Source of the DNA: Balanoglossus misakiensis
Lineage: Eukaryota > Animalia > Hemichordata
Length of the DNA: 64,000 bases
Direction of reading: 5' to 3'
Assembly: GCA_040954595.2 (NCBI GenBank)
Contig: CM082586.2
Coordinates: 6,496,509 to 6,560,508 of the forward strand
In this document: positions 1-57,203 of the stretch, in pieces
Position numbering within the stretch: position 1 is the stretch's first letter
Layout of the letters: each line of letters opens with the position of its first letter
The notes under the pieces: model-generated
What the model was told of the DNA's origin: nothing
Seen by the model: only the letters and a program-made list of their open reading frames with translations
Database searches by the model: none
Program-made: the position numbers and the translations under genes

Positions 1-53
1 TTATGTTGAAAGCAAAACAGAGAAAGAAAGCAAGCTAGTGAAGTTAGTCCTAC

Positions 54-3000
54 CTTCTTTTGTTCTGTTTTGACGGCATCCAGGACCTTGGACGGTAGGT
101 CCATCATTCTTACGTCCTCTGTGACACCGGGATGTGAGTTGTGATTCAAGATGGCGCGCAGCTCCTGAGCGTCGCGGGTGTGTCCAAGCAGATCGGCGGC
201 AAACTGTTCGCATTGTTCCGCGAGTTCCGTGTATTCTTGGCGGAATTCGTACTCGGTTGAGCTCAGGTCCCGTAATTCAACAGACAGCTATAATACAAGA
301 TTTCAAATAAACATTATCACGAGGGTGAACTATCTTCATGACGTTTCCATCAATTATGACAGTGAATGGATTGGGACATTCCAAGTCCGATGTGTTATTG
401 TTTCGTCGTCTTGGCTAATTTCCGTAGCAACGGGTTGCTAGCCAAGCAATACAAGTGAAACTTTGTATGAATCTAGAATACGTACAGACTTTAACAATTT
501 GTAACTTTTGTGCCGTTTAACACATGTGTTGTTTGTACAGTGTGTCACTTGAGAAAGTCATCCCATATAAACTGCCTAACCACGCGAGATCTCGCAGGGT
601 CTCGTGGAGTTCGGACAATGGTCTATTCTGGTACATGTACATACATGCAGACTTGGCCTATAGTCTCACCTCAAATGCTCGGCCGAATGGATCGGGGCGT
701 TTCTTCTTCTCCAGCTCAGTATATAAGATGTACGCCTCGCTGGCCAGTGCCTTGTATATATTCAATGTTCCAACGGAGCGCTGCACCGTGTGCTTCTCGG
801 TGGCAAAATCCGACAGTTCGATTGGGGGCGCCCCTCTTTCCATCAACAGCTGCAAACAGAAATGCGTGCGTGATGTACACATAACAATATCTGTGCGGTT
901 TCCACCATTTCAAAGCTTCGTGTATGCATCCGCAAATGATAATTCACGGATGTCAATGCTAGAACTTTGTTTAATACAGCGATGTTCATTTAGATTAGCT
1001 CGGAGTGTGTTTACAAGGAGAAAGACTGCTATGACTTACCACGGCACTGACTTTGGCCTTACCTTGATGATGTCGTAGTCATTCTGGTGTGCAGCTAATA
1101 TGATCGGCGTGATATCCGGATGAAACTCTTCGTTGTTTTCGGATGCATGGGAATTGATCAGGGAGTCGCCCTTCGTGGTAGAAAGAAGGCAATGTAGAAG
1201 AGATGATATCAGACACACTGTCACGCGAGGGCGTGATTTGGGACAAATGCATAGACGGACAACACATATGCAAATATATCCACATTTAGGGAAATTAAGC
1301 AGGGTTTAAATGTATATAGAGGTAATGTGAAACAAAAGCACAGCGTATGTTTCCAGCAGGGGAACAGACATTTATCAATAATGTATCGAGCACGCGTATT
1401 ACCTGATAGGATAACGCCTATGGATATTGTATTGCTGATGGTGACCTTTTGGCTAACAACAGATTCGCCAAACTGTATGCATTAAACATCACATGGTATT
1501 GAATTCAGAGAAGTGCACTCCGAACCATGTGGCCCCCTTAATCTCATATTAAAGAATATCGCCAATCATAGCATTGTAGGTGTTGGTTAAGTCGTCATGG
1601 TGATAATCTTTCCCGAAAGAAAATATAGAGAATTTGCGTCTGTCAGGAAATCCATTGTGCGTTCGCGTCTGTGAATAATTGGAAGAAATCGTCCCGAGAT
1701 TTTAGCACAAGGCAAATACACGTGTGTCGGCTAAACACGTGGCCGACTCGGGTGTGTCTTCTGAAACATGGGTGATTGTAACAAAAGGAGATAACAAAAT
1801 CCTTGTAGCGGCGTTCAGCAAACATTGAAGCCCGTGGCAAGTGTTTAAGCACACACAGGAAAAGTAGTTTTTCTTCCGTAACAAAATCGGTCACGTGAAA
1901 ATACATGAAGGGCGAGCTTGTTGTCTATGACAATCTGTAACCGGGATTAACGTGATAATCGATCTTCAATCGATGCAAACCTGGCAGACGTACAGAAAAT
2001 CACGAATTCAATATATAATCACCGAAGAAGTGCAAGTCGATCGTTCTGTTTGTGTTTGACTTAAAAGACAACGGAAGTCTCTTCCTTCGGGCTATCGAAT
2101 ACGTAACAGCATGCAATGGAACAACGGAACGAGACGGGATGAGTAGCTCGAGTTCAAAAACCGCACGACTGCCCGCCCGAGCAGCGAATATGCGACATGT
2201 GCCCTGGCAGTAGTCATAGCAACCGTGGTGGCAGGGGCCAAGAAATGATCTGACAACGTACCTGTGGTATATCCAAAAGCTTCTGCGCCGCTTTGAAGAA
2301 TTTTGTGTCCACGGCGTGCAGCAGAGAATCGCCAATTTCCACTCCGTGATCCAAGAGGACCTCAATGACATCTTGAAGGAAAAGGGCATACATTTATAGT
2401 AAATCGTGTGTCCATCACTTAAACTTTTCAGATTGTAGCGCACAGACATGGATTTTTACACAAACTTTCCTCCTTCTGTTCCAGTGTTCTCCGCGAAATC
2501 TAGACACGATTCTTAAGTTTATTATTGTATGTCGAAGGACTGAGTGAAGCTGGTTGCATTCTTTAATTCTGTCTTTACTTAATTCAAGAAAGGTTTTAAA
2601 ATGGGTTTTATGCGTAAACTTCTGCCTGGAGCATATACATGTACTAATATCATTTCACGGTATCTATTGAGAAGCAAATTTGTCTCATATTTGTTTCACG
2701 GCATCCTTAAATTTATTCTCTTTTAAACCTGAGAATAAAATATTTGGGCCACCGTGCAAACTCATTTTGAAAGAGAGAGCAAAATTATCTCAGATTTGAA
2801 ATTCAAAATGGCCACCAATCTCGGTGTTAACTCGATGGGGCAAAATTAAGTAGTTTAGTAGATATTTTTTTTTAAAACAATTGAAGATGGTGGGCACCAT
2901 GTATTTTTTTCAAAAAGACGTCTCTCACACTTTAATATAGCAAAGAATTGGTGCAAAGGTTTGTTTCCCAAGGTTTCTTACCCACCTAATCGTCCATTCT

Positions 3001-3157
3001 CTATGGCCAATTCAAGGCCACTCCTCCCCTTCGAGTCTCTCACGTTGATATCGTCGAATTCGCTCGCATTGTTGAGAGCCGCTTCGAGAGCGTGGATGTC
3101 TCCCTTTTCGACAGCGTTCAGAAACACTCGTGGAAAGTTCGACTCCAACCGAGACAT
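54..3157 (-). CDS. TRPC-like: TRPC-family (canonical transient receptor potential) channel, N-terminal part; the gene continues beyond the window start
   Basis: Coding exons 3157-2986, 2371-2262, 1170-1063, 849-670 and 287-54, all GT-AG and phase-consistent. Translation: MSRLESNFPRVFLNAVEKGDI...GRSGLELAIENGRL / DVIEVLLDHGVEIGDSLLHAV (ankyrin repeats) / FHPDITPIILAAHQNDYDIIK / LLMERGA...LNIYKALASEAYI...DPFGRAFE / LSVELRDLSSTEYEFRQEYTELAEQCEQFAADLLGHTRDAQELRAILNH...AVKTEQKK. These match TRPC hallmarks (DITPIILAAH, LNIYKALAS, DP..AFELS.EL, EYEEL..QC..FA.DLL). Confidence 0.93.
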
Positions 3158-6100
3158 CTTCACTGGACAGCGGTAATATCAAACGAAGAGAGTTCACTGA
3201 CCGGTCGGTTAGCATACATGTGACCGCTACGGCGGTTTTCAGGGTACTGGCGACCGTGCAAACAACAGGCCCGGGTCTCCGGGACCGCTTGTTTTCACGT
3301 GTTGTTCCCACCAATCCACACAGAGATTTGAATGGGTAAAGAGAGATAGCAAGAAAGCTGTGTTTTGTGTCCGAAAGACAGTTACGTAACGCAAATGCCA
3401 ATATTGTCTGTTAGGTATACATTTGTACTTACGATCATAAAATTGACCATTTTACACTACACTTTTTAATATTACGTAAAGTTAGGCCAAAATCTCCTTC
3501 ACCGGCACACCTAACTACATGCTTTGACCTATCATGAACCCGAGTGTAGTGCTGAGTATAGAGGTCTGCTTGACCAAGAGCAAATAGAGTAATAAAACGA
3601 TAACGGTCTTCATCTGACAATGAAACACTGATCACGCACAGGTCCCACGTGAGTAAAGCATGACGTAATGATCTGTACTTTTTTTAAAGATGTAAACGAC
3701 CAGACGACAGTGGTTAGAGGGTCTGACACAGGGTATATGATACCATCTCAGCGAGGCCCGACTGTAGTAAGAGCAGCCAGGTTAAGGTTAACTCTATGAG
3801 GAAACCCGAAGTGACAACCATATTGCAATGAGGTAACATCAGACTCGACCCTTTGAGACTGAGCACAAGGTCACGGAGCAGTATAGGACGTTGTGAATTG
3901 TGTTCTCTTAAAATGATACCGAAAAGGTTTACTGTACTGTGAAACATTTCCATCAAAAAGAAATAAAGAAGTTTTGTGTAGTTAATCCCGACCCTGAATG
4001 ACTGTGTGACGTGTACGTAAGAACCCCTGTGCGAATGGACACGCTTGGCTTGCGAAGGTGATGGTGTACCTCAGAGATCGGCAACGCTTTTCCGTTATGT
4101 AACGGTATACCAAAACAATACTGGGGTCTTTGACCGCATTGTAATCATTGATGACCTGACAGTCCATCATTGTGCAGTGGCTTAGTGAGAAAAAGCCAGT
4201 CAGATTCCTCGTCTTTTCTCATCAGTAAACTGCAATGGAACGTTTTTTTTTGTTTTGCCAACCAATTAGATGTTTACATATATGAGCGACAACATTTTTG
4301 ATCGGAACGCTAATGATAGGGTTTTGTTTTTCTGTCATCTGCCCATGATTTACGTTACTGTCGCTACAGTTGCCTTCATCATTGTCTTCTCTCGGCATTG
4401 CTCTCAAGATTTCAACGAGAGGCGAAGCAAATGTCATAAATAAGTCTCACATGAAATCACGATAGTCGAGATGATACCGACAAAGATAGCAAATATGTTC
4501 CTTTGCAGAAGGATACCTATTTCATAATTACGAGAATTAAAAGACGTAATAACGAGATTTTATTCATTTATTTTTAATATTGGCCCCAATACGATCCCGT
4601 ACTACATGTATTCCAACTGTATGTCCGCATACATTACATTAGTCAAACGTCAACACTTTTGTATTATCACTGATTCCTTCCGAGTCCTTAAGCGGACAGG
4701 TTTGGTTACATGACTAATCACGATGCTATCGTGACCAAGTTATTTCCTGAGTATTCACGAGAGTCACATTTCATTTTACCTCTTGGCAACAAAACAACGT
4801 TGTCAGCCATTCCTGTATTCTCAGTATAAGATGCATACAATTACGGTTGCTGTACAGAAATGACGTCATGCCGCGATAATTGATTGCCTGTAATGGAAGA
4901 ACACTCTCATTGCTCTAAAACTGTAGAATTATGTGTTATTAGCTCGTCATCTTGCCAATTTGAATTTCCTCGAAGAGTCTATACTAATACAGCATTTGTT
5001 TTTATAGAATCTATAAAGTGCCTCCACACAGTAATATGGAGTAGCTTCTTTAACCATGTTTATTCGTGCAAAGGCCGGGGAGTCTTCAGATGAGTTCCGT
5101 GGCCGATGGGGATATACAATGATTGCAAATACCATGTCACTAGGGGTGTTTGATGTGTCTGAAATCCAAACAACACAAAACAGACACGATCCTTCGGAGA
5201 CTGCGTTCCGCGCTACGTCTTAAGAGCATGATGTTTCCATGGTGATGTAGACACTAGTCCTAGGAATGACATTTAAAATCTGGTCTTCGCCGCTCTATTT
5301 TCCAGGCCATACATAGTGCTGTTGGTTGATTCGTCTCCTCACATTGTTTTTATGTTGATGTAATTTCAATCCACATTGTAGAAACCGGAATCTGGTACAC
5401 TATTGGTAACTAAATCACCTTTCCACCTGCTTGTGGAGTTAAAAGTAAATATTTTGATGACCAAATAAATTCATGGTGCGTTACATAATTTAGGCGCTTA
5501 CGCTTTGTCTGGGTATAAGGTATTTTCAATAGTCATTACCGACTATTAGATGTTGTATTTTCAGGAACAAAAATCAGAAAGTGTTTTGCCTGAAAGAAGA
5601 TATAGTCGATAAGTACAGCATGGTTTAGTGTTGGTACACCTTTTACCGGGAAGATAGTTACCGTCACGAACTTATGACTAGAACAGGAACACAACAACCG
5701 ACGAGGCTATTTTTTCTAGCGATCGATTATTCAAACACACTTCACCCTTATCCTTGGCAGGTCGTATATTTCACTTGTCGTAAAGAGAGCGCTATCTTGT
5801 TTCTGTGCACTGACCTCTGATCCCAATGCCCACGGAATTGTGACTGTTATTTTGAAATACGCGGCCATATGTTTCTTGTAGGTTAGAAGTTTAGGATAGG
5901 AAGTAACCCGGAGGCGAGTGTTTAACAAACTGTATCTTCAAGCCGAGTATGGCTTTATTAATACGCACCCTTCTATTACTCCTCTGTCATAAGTACTATG
6001 AATCTGCAGGCAATTCCAATTTCAGAATTGTGTCATTTCCTAAAGATAATACAGTCACCATTCGGCGATATTTGTTCAGAATTATTTCGCTCATTGTCTC

Positions 6101-7082
6101 TAGGCGTGTATTCGTTGTGTCGTTTTACGGTTTTTGAGTTCTTTGCAGTGTTGTGTCATTGCAGGATATTTCGTTCGCCTTTTTACTGCTTTCCATAAAA
6201 AACTCTCCTCGCTTTGTGTCGTTTAGATGTGTTGACAGTATCTCAATTGAAACACATTCCCATTACAGATTTTATTCTGGGCGTTCGATTACACGGCATT
6301 TAACGATTCTCGCCTACCCAAAAGATTTCAGGTGAACGGAAAGGCTTTCAAAATATCGCGATGTTATCGCAGGGTTCCTGCGACAGGAAATATAAAACTC
6401 AAATTGCCCCTTTGCTGGGGGATAGTTGCGTGTTTATTACGGACGATTCCATTGTCATTCACAGGGGTGGGCAGTAATTCTTGACTTACTTGACGATCAA
6501 CGTGTTAACACATATCACGACTTCTTGGCGAGCTGGTTGCGTTATACACATAGACAACGCGAATGGTGAGCTTGCTTGTTATTTTTTTGATATGATTATG
6601 GACGATTGTACTGGTGCTATGACGCCTGCACTGACACTTCGAAACAAATCTAATCATTAATAGTTACTACTCAGAACATAAACATAATTTTATATAAAAA
6701 AGTAATTTGCATCCTTTATCTGACGCGCGTCAAACGGCGGGATATACATATAGATGCAAATCCTGATTTCCACACAAGATCGATGAATGTGCCGTCTTTT
6801 GGAATCGAAAGAATATCACAGAGACTAGCTGTCATCCATCTCTTGATTCAAGTATAGACGGAGCATCCAAGACCGGAGACGTCACAACTAACGAACACTG
6901 CGCAAGTGTAAATCGCACTTCTTTGATCTAACGGTTCTGCATTCAAACTCTCATTCGCGCAATCACAGACAATACACCTGTACATCTTTTGGCCTTCCGA
7001 TAAGACGTCTGCTTGCTAGTTCTGGTACATCAGGATCCAGCTGACATAAATGTGAAAGTGTTCATTTGCTTTTATTGTACAG

Positions 7083-7191
7083 GTCTGCTGTTTTCTATAT
7101 CGACCAAATAGGGGAAATTCAAGCTGTCGAGAATCTACCAGTTGTATAAACGCCGCTTCGTCATCTGATATATGTCATTGCAGCCATTTAG
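7083..7191 (+). other. Putative non-coding 5' UTR exon of the GPCR gene
   Basis: Pyrimidine tract and acceptor tttgcttttattgtacAG ending 7082, and a strong donor AG|GTGAGT after 7191. The GPCR coding exon has its own acceptor (tttattacAG ending 8488) 16 nt before the ATG. No transcript evidence. Confidence 0.45.
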
Positions 7192-8504
7192 GTGAGTATG
7201 AATTTGTTCTACTCAGAATTTCTGCGGGATATCTTTTGTGACGCAGAAAGGTGGGCGACTGCACACAAAGATTTTTAATTAATTGATTGAACACGAAATT
7301 GATTTTTTTCTACTAAATCCTATCTAGTAATTCTTGGATCGCGTGGAAGCAGTCCAATCAAATATACATGTATAGGTTTTTGCAGTTGGAGCCACAACGA
7401 AAGAACAAAACATCAGTAGGCCTAATGAGGGATATTAGCCGCACAGACTTGTCTGAAATGCTGTCATACGTGTAATTCAAAACCATGGGACGCAAGCTGT
7501 GATGATCATTGTTGTTTTTAAGGTCGTTTGAGTAAGCGACTGAGAGATGATTTGGCACTCAACAGATATATGAACAAGAACATTTGTCAGTCCCCACACA
7601 GAAGTCCCACAGCTGTCACTAAGCCGTGGAGATCTAAAGTCGGGTGTCAAGTACGACTTTAATTAGAATAGAGAACGCACCATTAGTTGGCTCTGCATTG
7701 GATTTTTACTCTGGATGAATTCAATATGCTTCGTAATAAAGCTTATATCAACATATTAGCAGGTATACATAATCAGGGACACTGCGAAACTTTACCTGAC
7801 ACGCTTATATTTGTGCACTTTTCCTTTTGATTAAAATTTTATGATAATGGTTTTCTGTGTAGAGCACAATACAGATACCGGCATTGACACATTTATTATA
7901 GCTCTAAATTTGACGAACCATGATAATTATTACAGATACCAATTTCGCAGTGTTATGATAGAATGTACCTGTCAGGGAAATAGATTATGTTTGTTTAGGA
8001 GATGTATGCCTGCTGATTGGAACTTGTTTTTTCAGCAATCAATTACGCTCAAACTGAATAGAGTCTTGCACAGGCCCTCGTTCCGTGCCATTTACCCTTA
8101 CAAGCGCGTATAAAGCCAGGATTAATCTAAGTAGTTAAATCGAATTGAGTGCTTATAGAATAATGTTGACTTTTAATTTGTTGATATAGGGCTGTACTAA
8201 GAACCTCGATTTTTCGGTAAGAACCACGTTTATGCATGAAAATGCCTATTTAAGAACCATGGTGATTTCTCAGAGATAAGTTACGGTAATTGTTAATTTT
8301 ATATGAGAAATTATCATCACATCGACTAAAAATAAGACATTGTCAGATAGAACCTTGAACAAACCAGACGAGCTCGGGCTGTTCTCTGTGACCCCCTGGC
8401 CCCGTTTTCGCGTCGTCTGCTTGGAGATGACGCCATGTTTTGGAAGGGCACCCCTTTTTATGAAAAAAGTTTTCTACCTTTATTACAGGCTTCTGCTGGC
8501 CCCC

Positions 8505-9545
8505 ATGGAAGACGACAACGGTTCATTGTCGCTCAACTTTTCAACACCACCGACTAGTCTCATACCTGAGTTCACAGATTACAACCTGTCGTGCCACATC
8601 GAAGCTAAAGTACAGAGCATCACGGCTTTGTGCATCTGTATATTTGGGTTACTAGGCAACAGCGTCTTCTTGTTTGTCGTCGCCAAGGTACGCACACTGC
8701 GCACGCTCCTTGATGCGCTCCTCATAAACCTGTGTTTGGCGGACTCGATTTATTTGCTAGGCAACACCAGCATCACGATTTGTATTATCTCAACAAGGCA
8801 GCACTGCATCTTTTTCGTCGACCTGGATGTACTGTGCGCTCTCGTGCTCCTTAACGCTGTTGTGTTGTATACATCCACCTTCACCGTCGCCGTCATCAGC
8901 TACGAACGCTACAAGGCCATCCGGGAACCCCTGCAGAACCAGTCAGACGGAGTGAACCCGCGAACGAGGACGGCCGCGTTCATCACAATCTGCTGGTCGC
9001 TCGCCGTCGTCGACACGGCCCTGCAGGCCGGCGTGACGCAATGCGCGATGTACACGGCGCGGGTGTGGGTAAAAGTCTACATCGACGTCATCGGTCTTCT
9101 GAGCATCCTCGTTCCCCTGCTCTGTACCGTCGTCTGCTACTTCCTGGTCGTTCGGGAGTTGGCGAGAACCCCGAGGAACGGCGAGAACAGCTCCAGACAG
9201 AAAGACGACAGACAGGTCATCAGGATGTGCACCGTTACCGCCGTTCTCACTTTCGCCTGCACCTTCCCGAAGTGCCTGCAGGCCGTCATTTCGCTGTTGG
9301 AATTGTCTCACAATCTCAGAGTCACGCTGGATTTCCTGATCTGTTTGAACAACTTCGCTGTCTACTTGCTTCTCATCAAGTCGGCCACAAGCCCCATCAT
9401 ATACAACGTCATGAGCAGCCGTTACCGTCGCGCGTTTCGAAAAGCCTTTTCTTGTAACAATAAAATCTTTCCGGCCGCGGGATCATCCAACACGAGTAAC
9501 CGACGTTCCAGTCGTCAGCAAAACAGCGCCCCAGCCGGTATATAA
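8505..9545 (+). CDS. Orphan rhodopsin-like (class A) GPCR, 346 aa, intronless coding region
   Basis: Seven hydrophobic segments. TM1 GLLGN, TM2 NLCLAD, TM3 SYERYKAI, TM4 W (TICWSLA), TM6 FACTFP, TM7 SPIIY followed by helix 8 SSRYRRAFRK. N-terminal N-glycosylation sequons NGS, NFS, NLS. The start is taken as ATG 8505 (cccATGG) just after the splice acceptor at 8488, not the ORF-track start at 8340. Confidence 0.93.
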   Translation: MEDDNGSLSLNFSTPPTSLIPEFTDYNLSCHIEAKVQSITALCICIFGLLGNSVFLFVVAKVRTLRTLLDALLINLCLADSIYLLGNTSITICIISTRQHCIFFVDLDVLCALVLLNAVVLYTSTFTVAVISYERYKAIREPLQNQSDGVNPRTRTAAFITICWSLAVVDTALQAGVTQCAMYTARVWVKVYIDVIGLLSILVPLLCTVVCYFLVVRELARTPRNGENSSRQKDDRQVIRMCTVTAVLTFACTFPKCLQAVISLLELSHNLRVTLDFLICLNNFAVYLLLIKSATSPIIYNVMSSRYRRAFRKAFSCNNKIFPAAGSSNTSNRRSSRQQNSAPAGI

Positions 9546-10380
9546 GCGTGGCATAAAAGAGAATGTTATATTTGAATGTCCTTGACAGGCTTTCTGAGAG
9601 TGTCATTCAAACTTCCTACACGTAAACATTCTCTAACTCAATTAGATTAGATTTTATTCAGATAATTTTTCATCTACCTTCTTAGTCGGCTATCACTATT
9701 TTGCCTGTGGTTCCCCAAATTCACTTTTTATCAAACACTCATCACTGGTTTACGCAAGATGATTGAATCTCTCTTATTGAACCAGACGACGATATTTCAC
9801 TTCGACCAGACGAGGAACGTTTACACCCATAGACATACAACATGCAAATTCACACCATGTAAAATGGACGACACGTGATTTTTGTAAAAATGTGAAAATT
9901 ATATTAGAGAAAAACTACAACAATATTTAAAAAGATCATGACTTGTGTTTTTGAATAGAACATATTCGAGGTACCTGGGGATTACATACAAATCTATTTC
10001 AATGTAACTACATGGTACAAAGTACACCCTTTGTAACATTGCCGTATCTCTGTAGACATTGTTGCTGCTGACAAACTCTCGCTTATTGGCTGGGACGGTA
10101 TCAAACTAGTTAGAGAGAGAACTCTACTATGTCCAATGAGAGGGATTCTACTTAAAGATTACAGATTTTTGAAACATTTTCCCCATTACTTTGATTAAAT
10201 GTTTGTGTAATTTTTATGGGACATAATTTACTTTTATGATGTATTTGTTTCGAAAAATTTGGCCCTGATACTTGGAAAGTTTTTGAAGAAAATAGCCAAT
10301 CAAGTACAATGTACAGTTTAATAATAAACTACCCTATGCGATTTACTCAAGGTAAGTGGTAATTTATTCATTTCTCAGAG

Positions 10381-10383
<3 letters not shown>

Positions 10384-10479
<96 letters not shown>

Positions 10480-10572
10480 ACAGACAGACAGAGACAGACA
10501 GGCAGAGAGACAGAGACAGGCAGACAGAGAGAGAAAGAGACAGAGAGAGACGGAGAGAGGAGGAGAGAGAGA
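10384..10572 (+). repeat. (GA)n microsatellite with compound (GACA)/(GA) tail
   Basis: Pure AG repeat 10384-10476, degenerate thereafter. Confidence 0.97.
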
Positions 10573-10786
10573 GGAGCTGTTCTCTTGTATGTATGTGTCT
10601 ACTTGGCATCCACTTGCAATATCTGGATGGATCGCTGCGTTCGTACCATGCGGACCTTCTCTAACATTGATCACAGTTTACTATATACATTGTAGCATCT
10701 TAGGGGCGTCCAAGGCGTTGTCTCTAAACCGGCAGCGATGATGTAGCTGGTACTACATTCACGAAGTATAAAGTAATCGGATCAAT

Positions 10787-54417
<43,631 letters not shown>

Positions 54418-56913
54418 GTTGATCACCGCGGCTCTGATCAGTCAAATGTCGCAAAGTCCTTTTTTGCAACTCTCCGTGTATCTTGGTGGTTTTGTCGAGT
54501 CTTCGCTTTCTTTATTCCCGATTGTGATGTGAGTGGCTCTCGTTCTCCGGTTATGGGTAAGCTGGTAGTTCGGTTACGCGTTAAAATATGCGGTTGGGTT
54601 GGAGTAGATGTCTTCTTCAGGCTTGTATAAGTTCGAATGGCTGTATTAATCTCGAGGCGTTCTCACGTTCTTCTCCATTAAATGCCCGTAAATGACAAAC
54701 GGTGATTTGTGCAGACGGCCAACTCTCGTGTCATGCTCCGTTAAGCACTGACCATGCGCGAGCTTTTCGTATATATGGTCCGTGTTTGTGTAGGCTCGTC
54801 ATCGGCGGGGAAGCTAGGCAGTTCGTGTCCTCAAGCCAGGACGCCCTAGTTTACACAGCGTTCATCAGGATGCAACGTCATTACGTTCAGTGCAGCATTC
54901 ACCAATCCACAGTCCCTCAAGAAAGAGTGACTGTGACCAATCTGATTAAAATCAGATGTAGGGCACGGCAACGTATTTCACCCACGCAGTACGGTACTCT
55001 CATGCTGTCGCCTCATACACTGTAAGGCGACACCATAAGAATATACCGTAATCTTTTCCCTGTTGAAGTTTTGATATTTCTGTAGCTTAGTTCAGGTACA
55101 ACATGATAGCACATGCCCTAGGGTGGTTACTCGCACATTAAACACCACGCGCTAATTTCCCACGTGAAAGGCCGGTCGCCTATTGCTATCACTGTATGCG
55201 GAGAAAGGCGAGTCTTTGTGGTTTTATTCGCGTAAATGCAGTAATTTTACGCTGGGTTTTAAATTGCAGCGTAACCAGAGAAACGCAGATAAATCACGAG
55301 GTGTATTTTGACGAAAAAATAGCAATCAAATCCGGTGTTTCTCAACTCCGGGTTGCCATTACAACGTATGTCTGTCAACATTGCGACGTCCAAGATACAG
55401 TTTTACTAATAGCCTATTATACTACATGTACTACAAAAAAAATCTCATGGACCACATTTGTCCGTCTGTAACATGTGATCGTCACTAATTGGTAAGTCAA
55501 GCGATAAATTGTACCTGACTCCATTAAACCAATTATATATACCAAGGAACTTGAGTTATTAACAGTGGTCTGGTCGAAATCCATTCCAAAGATTCAATTT
55601 TAATAGTGAAAACCTACAAATAACGAGGTGATGATCAATTTAGGTAATGTGTTTACTAATCATATATTTAAACGTGACTAGAATTTTGTCTTTTGGGGGC
55701 AACTCCATCTCCAACTCCGCTTAAACAGTAAATTTAACTTATATTTATGAGACTGGCTTTCGCTGAAATCTACCTTTAATTAGAGAAATGAGTTACTGCA
55801 TTAGATTTAAATAACTGTCTGGTTCAAACGGCTCGAAAATTGCACGTCGCGGGAGACTTGTACTTGCGACGGTGTGTACGGAGTTAACCCGACGATGTGC
55901 GATATCAGAACCTTGTATATACAAACACATCAACATGCAGCGCCCATGTCTTAGGCTCTAATACTGAAATCCCTGCAATCGGTAAAATTTACATGTATAT
56001 ATGAACAATATATCGCGTTGCACTGTTGCAAACTCCTATCGACTCAGAAATAGGTTAGATATAGCACAGTCGAAATTATCCTCGCATATACGAAATATCC
56101 TTGCTTGTCTTGTTTGTCGTTTTAGTGAAGTAGGTCTACTCAGAATTTGAACCGAAAAGAGTCAACTGGTTGCTAATTACGAAAGGTGTACTATTGCACG
56201 GTATGTTAGTCAAATAAAAATCTAAGTAATTTTTTCCATGATCTCATTAACAATTTCCGCGTTATCGGTCGATATTTTCTGCTCCTCGCCCGTACATCGA
56301 ACTGATATGCTTTGGAAGTGACGGCTGTTTCAGGTCTTCATGAACTGATATAGTTTGCGTTACATGTACTTTGATTAAATATTGATTACAAGAAATGCTT
56401 GCGGTAATGAATAGAAAGCTAGATGTTTGAGCAATATTTTTTTCTCATTCGCCGTTTCTCAATCATCTTAAAAATAGGTACATCTCCCCTTTTTAAAAAT
56501 CAATATGGTGCGTATACATTCAGCGAATAAGCATGAAATATTACGAATAGAGAACGTTGTATTTTCACTCTACTGCCCGCGGCGTTGAAAACATTACCAC
56601 CGCATTAATTCACTTCAAAAAAACGTATGGAGTTCGTTGACTCTCGCGTACATGTACTTTCATATGTACATATACTCGGAAATTTCATTTAATCTCTTAT
56701 ATTCCACAATTTCTGCCCATGTACTAACATTTGCCTGTAGGGTATTTTGCGTAAAGCAATGGGGTGTTATAACACTGCGCATAAAACCCTGAACAGTCAC
56801 TAGGATATGGGAGTGTCCAAAATCTTCACGTGAAGACCCCCCCCCCCCTCCCATGATGTCAAATGGCCGATCCCTAATCTCCCTAGTGAAGCCATGGTTG
56901 TGAAAACGAGGCT

Positions 56914-56924
56914 AAGATGGCGGC
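56914..56924 (+). promoter_or_regulatory. YY1-type motif AAGATGGCGGC in the likely SNRNP48 promoter / 5' UTR
   Basis: Perfect consensus ~290 nt upstream of the SNRNP48 ATG, in a locally CpG-rich stretch. Confidence 0.45.
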
Positions 56925-57203
56925 GTCCATTGGTGCAAGTACCACGACGCGGTGATCGTATTATTTTATCGTCGGCAAGCGGTATTGAGCCGCGATCTGG
57001 ACCAAGAGAGAAAATTGACGCCAGTGGGAATTAAGTTGCAGCATTAGCAGAGTGTGGGTCACCATAGTTTTGGCAATTGTGATCGTTAAACGTACTTAGA
57101 TGCAGTTACATGTGTTGTTGATGTTCCGACGTTTATAATACACAGTCTAACAGAGGAACAGTCAGTGCAGTGCCTTCATGCGAATTTGACGGAGGAATGC
57201 AAA

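Noticed and set aside
524-1078. 184-aa + strand ORF
   Set aside because: Antisense shadow of TRPC exons with no protein features.
8340-8504. N-terminal extension of the GPCR ORF from 8340
   Set aside because: It starts at TTG and crosses a good splice acceptor at 8488, so it is most likely intron.
8943-9457. Overlapping antisense and alternate-frame ORFs in the GPCR
   Set aside because: Expected shadows of a GC-rich coding exon, with no recognisable motifs.
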